From an uncultured Bacteroidales bacterium (GTDB taxonomy: Bacteria; Bacteroidota; Bacteroidia; Bacteroidales; UBA10428), in the NCBI GenBank assembly GCA_964521285.1, contig CAZFQS010000012.1:15683-79682 (forward strand): 64,000 nucleotides of DNA, given 5' to 3'. Positions 30,800-40,714 of the stretch are shown in pieces. A program made the position numbers and the translations under genes. Under the pieces are notes generated by a model, which was not told the origin of the DNA, did not search any database, and worked only from the letters and a program-made list of their open reading frames with translations. The stretch's first letter is position 1, and each line of letters starts with the position of its first letter.

Positions 30800-33637
30800 T
30801 TAATCTGACATCTTCAATTTAATAGTTTGCTTACCCCCATTGTAACTTATTAATTGATCATATGAAATACCCGCGTCATATTTCTTTGGCTGATCTTTTA
30901 TTATATATACCACTTTAATTTTCCTTTCTTCAGGCATTCCTGTATATGATCCTTTTATTTCGCCAATAGTTAAAGTCTGTGACAGGTCGTAGTATGAGAA
31001 TGGTATATTAGTGAATTTGCCTTTCTCATAGTTGTAATTTACATTTTCATCTTCATAAAGTTCAAAGTATCCGTCCCTGCCAGCATACACATACAGCGTA
31101 ATGGGATCTGCCGGTTTCTCCCCTGTATACTGAATCTCAGGTCCGATTGGAATAATTGAACCTTCTTTAACAAAAAGAGGTATCTTTTCAAGAGGGGCTT
31201 GCGCATCTATTGTCTGTCCGCCCCCCCAATATTTCCCTGAATAGAAGTCGTACCACCCTGTTGTTGAAGGCAGATAAACCTTCCTGCTTCTGGCCTTATA
31301 TTCATAGACAGGACATACCAGCAGGTACGGTCCGAACATATATTCATCTCCCGTATTTAGTACATTAGCATCATCAGCAAAGTCCATAACCAGGGCACGC
31401 ATTATCGTGTAGTCGTCAAGGTAAGCTTTACCTGCAAGTGTATATATGTAGGGCATAAGGCTATACCTGAGCTTGTCGTAATATAACATAGATTTGTATT
31501 CTGCAGAATTTTCAGGAGCTACATTAAATATCTCCCTGTATGGAAACTGACCGTGCACTCTGAACAGGGGGCAAAAGGCTCCGAACTGAAACCACCTGGT
31601 TATCAGCTCTCGCCACTCAGCCAGATCTTCGCCTGTAGCATTTTCATAGCGGCGCTCCACTGAAAATCCGCCTATATCGTGAGTCCAGTATGGAATCCCT
31701 GATATGCAAAAATTCAGTCCTGCAGGAATTTGTAATTTAAGATCGCACCATCTTGAAGCAACATCTCCGCTCCAGGTAGCTGATGCATATCTCTGCTGAC
31801 CTGCAAAAGCAGACCTGGTTAAGATAAATACCCTTTTATCAGGATTAGCCTCTCTTAAACCTTCATATACCACTTTTGAATTCATTAAGGAATAAGCATT
31901 AAAATATTGAGCACCCGGACCCAGGGAAGTTGGACTCATTAACAGTTTTCTTTCTTCGATTGAATTATTTGACTCCATATCCGGCTCGGTGGCATCCATC
32001 CACCACGCATCAATGCCGATGCTGTTAAGTTTGGTGTCAATCTGTTTCCAGAACAGTTTTCTTGCTTCCGGATTAAATGCATCATAAAAGGTTGAATTAT
32101 ATCCGATCCAGTCTTTTATACCCTTGTCCAGATTCCTTTGATAGAGGAATCCGTTTTTTTGCATTTCCTCAAAATGTTTTGTGCCTGGGTAGAACTTTGG
32201 CCAGACAGATACCATTATTCGTGCATTTAATTCATTATGCAATTCACTGACCATTCCTTCGGGATCAGGAAACCGTGTCGAGTCAAAATCATGTGAGCCC
32301 CATTTATCGGGTTCCCAGTATTGCCAGTCCAGTACAATATTGTCCAGGGGAATTTTTCTTTTTCTGAATTCCTTGACTACATTAAGCAGTTGCTCCTGTG
32401 ACACGTATCTTTCCCTGCTTTGCCACAGGCCCATGGCCCATTTCGGCATTATCGGAGCTTTGCCTGTTATTTCGCGGTAACCGCTAATTACTTCATCGGC
32501 ATTGGAACCATAGATAAAGTAGTAGTCAATTTGATTTCCTACCTCTGAAAAAAGGGAAAGTTTATTCTGTTCATCATTTTCCATAGGATCCAGGTGTTTC
32601 AGTGCAATATAAGCCATCCCCTGCGGATCCCATTCCAGCTTTATTGTATGCTTCTCACCCTTTAACATATCAATGGTAAACTTGTGATACCATGGATTCC
32701 ATCCCTGCCTCCATTTATCCATAATTAACTGATCGTCAATCCACAATTTAAAATATCCTGAAGCATATAAAACAAATTTGTGTTTTCCCCCGGTATCTGA
32801 TGAAAGTGACCCCTGCCATATCACCTTTCTTATATCCCTCATAGACAGATTCTCAGGTATATTAGAAAATGACTGAATATATTGATAGTCAATACTGTCC
32901 TCTAACCGGCTTAACAACAGGCCAGTGTCACCATAATATTCTGCAGTCAGTCCGCCCTGTTCGTTATTTTTAGATAGAAGCTCAAGGGTCGAAATGGGCT
33001 GAAATTCCCGGGGATCGCCGAACCGTGTTATAGAATAATTATCCCATAGGATCCCGTAATTTTTATTTGAATATATAAAGGGGACTACTGCAACAATATT
33101 ATGCTGTGCCAGTTCAACATCTTCTCCTTTATAGTTCATCTGGCCGTTCTGATGCTGCCCGAGTCCATAAAAAGCTTCATCAGCAGGTGATTCAAATACC
33201 TGTCTTATGCTGTAAAACTGTTTACCTTCAACTGAAACAGGGGTGAATGTTTTACCTCCGCCAGGTTCTTCACTGAGAATGACCTGTCCTGTACTATCCC
33301 TGAATACAACTGCCCCTGAAGCCAGTGATACGCTTGCATTAATACATGAAGTTTTAAGTACTACCTCGCTGTTGGTTTCATCTATGCTCCACTGAACCGG
33401 TTTTGTATTATTGCCAGCTGTAATCAGACTTTCAAATTCAGGAAAATTATTTGCAGGGCTGGCCACAACATGTATAATTTTATCGGATACTACCTGGAGC
33501 TTAACAAGTTTTGCTTTGCCAGGTGCAACTTTTTTCAAATGTACTACAATACCATCTTCAGATTTTTTATAATTTTTTCTCTGGCAGGATGAGATTAGCA
33601 GTAACAAACAAGTAAAATAAATAGTATGCTTTATCAT
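30800..33637 (-). CDS. GH31-family alpha-xylosidase with PA14-like insert
   Basis: 945 aa. GH31 blocks KIPLDNIVLDWQYW, GIDAWWMDATEP (nucleophile region), FILTRSAFAGQQRY and TWSGDV. The inserted segment GGLTAEYYGDTGLL...FKLWIDDQLIMDKW is PA14-like, as in Bacteroides xyloglucan-locus GH31. Confidence 0.9.
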   Translation of the reverse strand: MIKHTIYFTCLLLLISSCQRKNYKKSEDGIVVHLKKVAPGKAKLVKLQVVSDKIIHVVASPANNFPEFESLITAGNNTKPVQWSIDETNSEVVLKTSCINASVSLASGAVVFRDSTGQVILSEEPGGGKTFTPVSVEGKQFYSIRQVFESPADEAFYGLGQHQNGQMNYKGEDVELAQHNIVAVVPFIYSNKNYGILWDNYSITRFGDPREFQPISTLELLSKNNEQGGLTAEYYGDTGLLLSRLEDSIDYQYIQSFSNIPENLSMRDIRKVIWQGSLSSDTGGKHKFVLYASGYFKLWIDDQLIMDKWRQGWNPWYHKFTIDMLKGEKHTIKLEWDPQGMAYIALKHLDPMENDEQNKLSLFSEVGNQIDYYFIYGSNADEVISGYREITGKAPIMPKWAMGLWQSRERYVSQEQLLNVVKEFRKRKIPLDNIVLDWQYWEPDKWGSHDFDSTRFPDPEGMVSELHNELNARIMVSVWPKFYPGTKHFEEMQKNGFLYQRNLDKGIKDWIGYNSTFYDAFNPEARKLFWKQIDTKLNSIGIDAWWMDATEPDMESNNSIEERKLLMSPTSLGPGAQYFNAYSLMNSKVVYEGLREANPDKRVFILTRSAFAGQQRYASATWSGDVASRWCDLKLQIPAGLNFCISGIPYWTHDIGGFSVERRYENATGEDLAEWRELITRWFQFGAFCPLFRVHGQFPYREIFNVAPENSAEYKSMLYYDKLRYSLMPYIYTLAGKAYLDDYTIMRALVMDFADDANVLNTGDEYMFGPYLLVCPVYEYKARSRKVYLPSTTGWYDFYSGKYWGGGQTIDAQAPLEKIPLFVKEGSIIPIGPEIQYTGEKPADPITLYVYAGRDGYFELYEDENVNYNYEKGKFTNIPFSYYDLSQTLTIGEIKGSYTGMPEERKIKVVYIIKDQPKKYDAGISYDQLISYNGGKQTIKLKMSD

Positions 33638-33826
33638 TTTGTTTAGAATTTATTTATTGAAATTAATATCTTTTATTGATTTATTTTAAGTTATCAAAAA
33701 AATTATAACCAAAATATTGACAGAGGATAAGTTCTTAAATAATAAGCTATCAAAGACAGATGCATTTTTGTTAAATGTAACCATTGTATATAAGTCTGAA
33801 AAGTCCAAATGTTTTTAAATAGGGAA

Positions 33827-36800
33827 TTAAATGTTAATAAAGATGTTTTGTGCTTTTCTTTTTCCGGCATACCGGGATGGCAATATATTAAATTCGGTTT
33901 TGAAGTACTTAGCGAAGTATTTTGGATTATTGAAACCTACCTCATAAGCTATTTCCGAAACAGTTAACTGGCTTTTTTCAAGGAGACGGGCAGCTCTTTT
34001 CAACCTGATTATCCGGATAAACTCAATAGGTGTCTTTCCTGTCAGAGATGATAATTTTTTATACAAATGCACCCTGCTCATTCCCAGCTCGTTACTTAAC
34101 TCTTTAACAGAAAAATCAGGATTTGATATATTATTTTCAACTATTGCCAGTGCTTTTTGTATCAACTTTTCATCAAGAGAAGTGATGCTTATTTCTTTTG
34201 GAGTGATTTGTATGTGTTTGAGGTAGTTTTTACGCATCGATTCCCTGATTGTAATAAGGTTTTTTATACGAGACTGAAGTATTTCGAAATTAAAGGGTTT
34301 TGTGATGTAGTCATCAGCGCCGGTGTTAAATCCCTCAATCTTTTCCTTATCTCCTGCACGGGCAGTAAGAAGGATTACAGGGATATGAGATGTGCGCTGT
34401 TCACTTTTTACTTTACGGCACAGTTCTATTCCATCCATTTCAGACATTAGTATGTCACTAACAATTAGGTCAGGAATAACATTAAGGGTTTTTTCCCAGC
34501 CTTCTTTGCCACTGTCGGCCTCGATAATGTTATAATATTGTTTGAGGTTATCCTTAAGGTAGAACCTGAAATCGTGATTATCCTCTACAAGCAGGATCAA
34601 TGGTTTTTTATTGTTAATATTTATATTTTCCTGCTGTCTGGTTACTTTTTTCTGTTCAGCATTTTCATCAGCGGGCAGTTCCAGATTTGCGGACAACTGA
34701 TCTTTAATATAATCATCAGCATTTTTCACGGGTAGCAGAACGGAAAAGCTGGTGCCTTTATCAGATTCCCCTTTTAGGGAAATAGTACCTCCATGGAGTT
34801 TTACAAATTCTTTTGTTAATGCCAATCCAATTCCGCTTCCTTTGTTGACGGCAGAGCCCGGTACCAAATTCTGAAAGAACCTGTCAAATATTTTGTTATG
34901 TTTATCTTCAGGTATTCCTATACCGGTATCACTTACTATGATATTCAGTAACTTTGAATTTTTCCCGGGGTCGTTGTTGGAATTAACCAAACTTATATTG
35001 ACTGTTATACTTCCATGCTCAGGTGTAAATTTAAAAGCATTGGAAAGCAGGTTAAACATTATTTTTTCCAGTTTATCCTGATCAAAGAGCATTTCCAGTC
35101 CATTAACTTGTGACTGTATTGAAAAATTAATTTTTTTCTTTTCAGCAAGGTCAGTAAATGATTCTGCAGTATCCTTTATATAACTTATTATGTCACCTTC
35201 AACAGGATTATAAGTGAATTCCTCAACTTCCATTTTTCTGAAATCAAGCAACTGATTTACCAGGTTCAGGAGTCTTCTGACATTACGTGATATTAACAAA
35301 AACTGGCGCTTCTGTTCGGGATTTTTCGTACTTTTCATCATCTTATCAAGGGGAGAAGCAATTAAAGAAAGGGGAGTTCTTAACTCATGACTTACGTTTG
35401 TGAAAAATTTTATTTTCATCATATCGAGCTCATGCATGTGTTTAGCTTCCTGTCTTTCCTGCTGGATCCTGTGATTCATTCTTTCCCTTTCAAGAATAAG
35501 TCTCCGTGAGAATAACAGGATACCAATTATAAAAACGGCGTATATGATAAAAGCTACAGGGGTTTTCCAGAATGGCGGTAAAATTTTTATTTTTAGGCTC
35601 GCACCTTCTTCATTCCAATACCCGTCATTATTGCTTGCTTTAACTTTAAAAACATATTCTCCGGGATCAAGATTTGTGAATGTTGCTTTTCGCTGGCTTC
35701 CATCTGTTGTCAGCCAGTCTGTGTTAAAGCCTTCAAGAATATAAGCATAACTGTTTTTCCCCGGGTGGGAATAGCTTAGTGCTGCAAATTCAATAGAGAA
35801 TACATTCTCTCTGTATTTTAATACTATTTCCCTTGTAAGTGTTATAGATTGTTTGAGAACGACTCTGCCATTTGCCTTTTCATTAACACCTATGCTTTTA
35901 TTAAAAATTTGAAAATCTGTAAATACAAGTTCGGGAACAATAGTATTCTTCTTTATATCATCAGGATGAAAGATATTAAATCCGTTTGGACCCCCAAAAA
36001 TCAATTCTCCCCGGCTTGTTTTACAGGCTGCGTTTTCATTAAATTCCCTGTCCTGTAGTCCATCGGTTTCGTCATAATTTTTAAAACTGAATGTATATTC
36101 ACTATCATTTATATTCTTGCTGATTAATAAGTTTGAGAGACCATTTGGTGTACTAATCCAGAGATTACCATTATTATCTTCCAGAATTGATGAAATTGTA
36201 TTATCAGGTAATCCGTCTTCCATCCTGAATACCATGGATGTTTGATCTTTCCTGTTAAAAAGATTCAACCCTTCCCTTGTACCAACCCATATAAGTCCGC
36301 GCATATCCTCTATAATTGCAATAATATTATTATTACTTATGCTCCTGTGATTATCCAAATCATGTGTATAATGAGTAAAAATACCTGTTTGTTTGTCAAG
36401 AAAATCTATGCCATGAGCACTCCCGATCCATAAATTTCCGTCCCTGTCTTCAATAATTGATGAGATAAAGTCTGAATGTATTGAGTTAGCCTGGTCGCTC
36501 CTGTGATGTATAAACACATCATTTCTGTGATCAAATCTATCAAGACCTCCGCCCAGTGTTCCAATCCATAGATTTTTTTCGGAGTCCTCAAATATTTCCC
36601 ATACTCTGTCATCAGACAGGCTTTGGGGATCTGAGGGGTTATGCAGGTAATGTTTGAATTTTTTCCCGTCAAAGCAGTTTAATCCACCGTAGTAGGTTCC
36701 AATCCATAGATTTTGCAAATGATCTATGCATAAACTTACAATTATATCATTGCTTATGCTGTTCTTGATATCCGGATCATGCAAATACCTGGTAAACCTG

Positions 36801-38044
36801 TTATTGTCACAGTTATAAAAGAGCAGCCCACCTCCGTTTGTCCCTATCCACAGATTACCTTTGGCATCTTCGGCAAAGCAATTAACATCATCATAGCTAA
36901 GACTAAAAGGATCTGATGCCTGATTTTTGAATAGGCGAAATTTGAAAATATCTTCATTGTAGTAATTAATGCCTTTTTTAAATGTGCCAATCCACATAAT
37001 GCCCAAATCGTCCTTGAATAAGGAGGTGATACTGTTTTGACCAAGACTTTTATCATCTTCATTATTGTGAGTAAGATATTTAAATGTAAAGGTTTTCTTA
37101 TCCAAAAGATTGATACCTCCGTGATCAGTACCAATCCATATAAGTCCGTTATTATCCTGTGCAACACCTCTTACAATATTAGTATTTAAGTTAACGGCAG
37201 GTGATCCCTCCTGAAAGTGCCTAAAGGACTGCCGGGAAACATCAAAATAAAATATACCTCTTGCATAGTTAGACACGTAAATCCATAAATCTTCATCCGC
37301 ATCAACAAAAAGATCATATTCAAGATACTCACCCTTGTATCTGTGGTACAGAAAATCATTCCTGTAGATAATTCTGTGATTTTTGTAATCCATTTTTTCC
37401 AGCATGCCATTATGATGCACTATCCAGAAATTATTTTGCGGTCCTTCACAAATATCAGCAATGTAATCTGTTGCTATGGAGTTGCTGTCATTTGCATTGT
37501 GATTGATATTGGCAATGGTATTTGTTTGAATGTTATATTTGTAGAGACTGGTTTCAGAACTTATAAACCAGTAGTTGCCCTGATTATCCCTCAATATATC
37601 ACTCAGGGATTCATCCTGAATATTTAATGATCTTAAAAAAGCGGACGGGTCCCGGTTGAAAGTCTCTGTAAGCGGATCATAAATGTTAAATCCGCTTCGT
37701 GTTCCGACCCATAGTCTGCCAAGATGGTCCTCGAAGAGATCCCAGATAAAATTATCACTTATCGATGTTGTATCGCGGAGATCATGTCTGAAGATTTTAA
37801 AACTGTACCCGTCAAACCTGTTCAATCCTGACATGGTACCAAACCACATAAATCCCATATTGTCTTTAAGAATGCAGTTTATTTGATTATTTGACAGGCC
37901 GTTGTTAATATCGATACGGGAAAATTTGAAATTAGTGGGCTGGGATATGTGATCAAATACTGCAAAAAACAATAACACAAATACAAAAAGAATTTTGCGG
38001 TACACTGAAATAATTTTATGCAGCGAATCTCTAAAACTAATCAT
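33827..38044 (-). CDS. Hybrid two-component system regulator (propeller/Y_Y_Y sensor, HisKA, HATPase, receiver, AraC HTH)
   Basis: 1405 aa. Propeller repeats, Y_Y_Y (YAYILEGFNTDW...YVFKVKASNNDGYWNE) and a TM helix. H-box NVSHELRTPL, ATPase GSGIGLALTKEFVKLHGG, receiver LLVEDN...IVSDILMSEMDG, and a C-terminal AraC-type HTH. Confidence 0.92.
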   Translation of the reverse strand: MISFRDSLHKIISVYRKILFVFVLLFFAVFDHISQPTNFKFSRIDINNGLSNNQINCILKDNMGFMWFGTMSGLNRFDGYSFKIFRHDLRDTTSISDNFIWDLFEDHLGRLWVGTRSGFNIYDPLTETFNRDPSAFLRSLNIQDESLSDILRDNQGNYWFISSETSLYKYNIQTNTIANINHNANDSNSIATDYIADICEGPQNNFWIVHHNGMLEKMDYKNHRIIYRNDFLYHRYKGEYLEYDLFVDADEDLWIYVSNYARGIFYFDVSRQSFRHFQEGSPAVNLNTNIVRGVAQDNNGLIWIGTDHGGINLLDKKTFTFKYLTHNNEDDKSLGQNSITSLFKDDLGIMWIGTFKKGINYYNEDIFKFRLFKNQASDPFSLSYDDVNCFAEDAKGNLWIGTNGGGLLFYNCDNNRFTRYLHDPDIKNSISNDIIVSLCIDHLQNLWIGTYYGGLNCFDGKKFKHYLHNPSDPQSLSDDRVWEIFEDSEKNLWIGTLGGGLDRFDHRNDVFIHHRSDQANSIHSDFISSIIEDRDGNLWIGSAHGIDFLDKQTGIFTHYTHDLDNHRSISNNNIIAIIEDMRGLIWVGTREGLNLFNRKDQTSMVFRMEDGLPDNTISSILEDNNGNLWISTPNGLSNLLISKNINDSEYTFSFKNYDETDGLQDREFNENAACKTSRGELIFGGPNGFNIFHPDDIKKNTIVPELVFTDFQIFNKSIGVNEKANGRVVLKQSITLTREIVLKYRENVFSIEFAALSYSHPGKNSYAYILEGFNTDWLTTDGSQRKATFTNLDPGEYVFKVKASNNDGYWNEEGASLKIKILPPFWKTPVAFIIYAVFIIGILLFSRRLILERERMNHRIQQERQEAKHMHELDMMKIKFFTNVSHELRTPLSLIASPLDKMMKSTKNPEQKRQFLLISRNVRRLLNLVNQLLDFRKMEVEEFTYNPVEGDIISYIKDTAESFTDLAEKKKINFSIQSQVNGLEMLFDQDKLEKIMFNLLSNAFKFTPEHGSITVNISLVNSNNDPGKNSKLLNIIVSDTGIGIPEDKHNKIFDRFFQNLVPGSAVNKGSGIGLALTKEFVKLHGGTISLKGESDKGTSFSVLLPVKNADDYIKDQLSANLELPADENAEQKKVTRQQENININNKKPLILLVEDNHDFRFYLKDNLKQYYNIIEADSGKEGWEKTLNVIPDLIVSDILMSEMDGIELCRKVKSEQRTSHIPVILLTARAGDKEKIEGFNTGADDYITKPFNFEILQSRIKNLITIRESMRKNYLKHIQITPKEISITSLDEKLIQKALAIVENNISNPDFSVKELSNELGMSRVHLYKKLSSLTGKTPIEFIRIIRLKRAARLLEKSQLTVSEIAYEVGFNNPKYFAKYFKTEFNILPSRYAGKRKAQNIFINI

Positions 38045-38278
38045 TAAAAAATGATAAAAATATTTATAATAATAGTGTAAAGGTATATTATAATTAATGC
38101 AGAGTTTGTTCAGGCTAAATTATAAAAAATATATGAATGATACAGGTAACTTATCTCACTTAAGTAATATATGTTAATCATTAAGTCAGGTATTATTCCA
38201 AATTACTTTTTAAAATTTCAGGTAAAGCAATAATATATTTTTCTTTAATGTGGTTTTTAAAAATTAATATTTATATTC

Positions 38279-38305
38279 GTAACACGAAATTTAATATAGT
38301 AACAC
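38279..38305 (+). promoter_or_regulatory. Candidate NikR operator 1 (GTAACAC-N13-GTAACAC), abutting the nikR start codon
   Basis: Sequence GTAACACGAAATTTAATATAGTAACAC with an exact heptamer repeated at 20-bp phasing. It is 21/27 identical to the element at 38725-38751. Confidence 0.35.
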
Positions 38306-38306
38306 T

Positions 38307-38708
38307 ATGTCAGTAATTAGATTTGGCGTCTCACTGGAAGAGCATTTAATGGGTGCTTTAGACAAATATGTTATTGAAAATAAGTTTCCCAACAGATCAC
38401 GTGCTATAAGAAATCTGATTGAAAAGAATATTGTTGAAAAGAAGTGGAAGTGTAACAACGAGGTTGCAGGAGCAATAGTATTGCTTTATGATCACCATAA
38501 AAGGGATATCACAAATAAAACCAACAGTGTTCAGCACGATTATCATAAATTTGTATTATCAGCGCAACATGTTCATCTTGACCATGATATGTGCCTGGAA
38601 ACAATTGTTGTTAAGGGAAAAGCAAAGCAATTGACAGAGCTTGCAGATAAGTTGATTGCAATCAAGGGAGTGCAACACGGCAAACTTGTTATGACAAAAA
38701 CAAATTAA
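38307..38708 (+). CDS. nikR: Nickel-responsive transcriptional regulator NikR
   Basis: 133 aa. N-terminal ribbon-helix-helix (IRFGVSLEEHLMGALDKYV...NRSRAIRNLI) and a C-terminal metal-binding domain with HVHLDHDMCLE. Confidence 0.85.
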   Translation: MSVIRFGVSLEEHLMGALDKYVIENKFPNRSRAIRNLIEKNIVEKKWKCNNEVAGAIVLLYDHHKRDITNKTNSVQHDYHKFVLSAQHVHLDHDMCLETIVVKGKAKQLTELADKLIAIKGVQHGKLVMTKTN

Positions 38709-38724
38709 TTTTTTTTCAATAATA

Positions 38725-38751
38725 GTAGCACGAAAATTAAAAAATTAACAT
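38725..38751 (+). promoter_or_regulatory. Candidate NikR operator 2, 15 nt upstream of the TonB-dependent receptor start
   Basis: Sequence GTAGCACGAAAATTAAAAAATTAACAT, with the same 20-bp half-site phasing and the shared CACGAAA core. Confidence 0.35.
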
Positions 38752-38766
38752 TTAACTAATTAAAAA

Positions 38767-40668
38767 ATGAAAAAAATATCAGGCTTAACCGGTTTGATTA
38801 TTTTCACAGGACTTATCACATCAGCACAGATTCTCGATGATACGATATCTCTGGAAGAAGTTGTTGTAACCGGAACAAAAGTTGAGGTTTCGAGAAAAAA
38901 CATACCCTTGACAGTTTCAGTAATTAAAAGTGAAGAAATTGAGCAAAGTGATGAATCAGCTCTTTTACCTATAATTAGTGAAAGAGTGCCGGGTGTTTTT
39001 ATTACAGAACGTGGAATAACCGGATTTGGGGTGTCCACCGGGGCAGCAGGTCAAATAAACATACGTGGGTTAGGAGGTTCGCCCACGACCCAGGTTTTAA
39101 TTTTAATTGACGGCAATCCGCAATTTATGGGCATGATGGGTCATCATTTGCCTGATGCTTATGTTGCGTCGGATGTTGAAAAAGTGGAAATAATTCGTGG
39201 TCCTGCTTCAATATTATATGGGTCAAATGCTATGGGTGGTGTTATAAACATTATTACAAAAAAACAGGTTGAAGATGGCATTAAATTTAATTCAAGGATT
39301 TTATATGGATCGTACAACACTCAAAAATACATGGGCAAAGTGGGATTTAAGAAGAAGGGATTTAATGTTTTTTGCTCAGTAAATCATGACAGAACAGATG
39401 GTCACAGGGACTCATCAGATTTTAAGATAACAAACGGTTATATTAAGGCAGGTTATGATATTAGTAATATATGGAAAGTGTCAGCTGATTTGTCTCTGGC
39501 GAAATTCAAAGCTTCTGATCCTGGCCCCGAGTCAGGTATAGCAGGTGAAATGATAGATATACTAAGGGGTAAAACAGCGTTATCTGTTCAAAATAATTAC
39601 AGGAATATAAAAGGAGCTCTTCATTTATATTACAATTTTGGCGAGCATGATATAACTGATGGCTGGCATTCAAATGATGTGCTCTATGGATTAATGGTAT
39701 ACCAGGGATTTAATTTAATTCAGGGCAACACTGTTACCATCGGATATGATAAAATGATTTACGGAGGCAAGGGACATCCTATAATTGCTGTATTACGTGA
39801 TGAAGACGGAAATATAATTCGAGGACCTGAAGGCCCTCAATTCGTATTGGCTGAAAATGATAATAAATGGGTGACTATGACACATGATGCAGTATATTCA
39901 TTTATACAACAGACTTTGTTTGAAAAATTAATTATTAACGGAGGCTTAAGATATGAAATGAATTCATATTACGGGAATGAGTTTATACCGCAGGCAGGTT
40001 TTGCTTATCATTTAAGTGAACTGACAAGTTTTAAAGGATCCGTATCAAAGGGATACAGGCCACCGTCTATCAGAGAATTGTATTTTTTCCCTACTGCCAA
40101 CAATAAACTCGAACCAGAAAAAATGATTAATTATGAACTGGGATGGGAGCAGGACTGGATGAATAACAGGATACACACAGAAATAACAGGTTTTTTATGT
40201 AAAGGTGACAATCTTATAGTCAAGGTACCTGATGTAGCTCCGCCTCCGCCCCAGTATAAAAACACAGGGAAATTTCAGAATTATGGCATAGAAGTCGCAT
40301 GGAATTACAGTCCGGTTACCAGTCTTAAGTTAAGCGGCAACTATACCTTTATTAATATGAAGAAGAAATTAATAGCCACACCCGAACATAGCTTATTTTT
40401 ATCAGGTAATTATCATTGGCAAAAATTTATATTTAATCTGAAATTGCAGACCATTATTAATCTATATGGGGAAAATCAGAATGGGGCAATCGATATTATT
40501 GAGAATAACTATTTCTTATTGGGAACAAAAATTAGTTACAGGGCATTAAAATATCTTAGTATTTTCTTAAGCGGGGAAAACCTGCTTAATCAGGATTACC
40601 AGATGCTTTATGATTATCCTATGCCAGGAATTAGTTTTATGTCAGGTTTAAATATCAAACTGAATTAA
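38767..40668 (+). CDS. TonB-dependent outer-membrane receptor (small, non-SusC type), probable metal/metallophore uptake
   Basis: 633 aa. Signal peptide, plug region (LEEVVVTGTKVE..., IRGLGGSPTTQVLILIDGNP, VEIIRGPASILYGSNAMGGVINIITK) and a 22-strand-sized barrel. Confidence 0.85.
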   Translation: MKKISGLTGLIIFTGLITSAQILDDTISLEEVVVTGTKVEVSRKNIPLTVSVIKSEEIEQSDESALLPIISERVPGVFITERGITGFGVSTGAAGQINIRGLGGSPTTQVLILIDGNPQFMGMMGHHLPDAYVASDVEKVEIIRGPASILYGSNAMGGVINIITKKQVEDGIKFNSRILYGSYNTQKYMGKVGFKKKGFNVFCSVNHDRTDGHRDSSDFKITNGYIKAGYDISNIWKVSADLSLAKFKASDPGPESGIAGEMIDILRGKTALSVQNNYRNIKGALHLYYNFGEHDITDGWHSNDVLYGLMVYQGFNLIQGNTVTIGYDKMIYGGKGHPIIAVLRDEDGNIIRGPEGPQFVLAENDNKWVTMTHDAVYSFIQQTLFEKLIINGGLRYEMNSYYGNEFIPQAGFAYHLSELTSFKGSVSKGYRPPSIRELYFFPTANNKLEPEKMINYELGWEQDWMNNRIHTEITGFLCKGDNLIVKVPDVAPPPPQYKNTGKFQNYGIEVAWNYSPVTSLKLSGNYTFINMKKKLIATPEHSLFLSGNYHWQKFIFNLKLQTIINLYGENQNGAIDIIENNYFLLGTKISYRALKYLSIFLSGENLLNQDYQMLYDYPMPGISFMSGLNIKLN

Positions 40669-40714
40669 AATACTTTCCTGAAGAATATTAGATAATACCA
40701 GATATTTACAAAAA

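Noticed and set aside
38760-39038. 92-aa minus-strand ORF overlapping the start of the TonB-dependent receptor
   Set aside because: It has no motifs and lies wholly inside a well-supported plus-strand gene and its candidate operator, so it is probably spurious.
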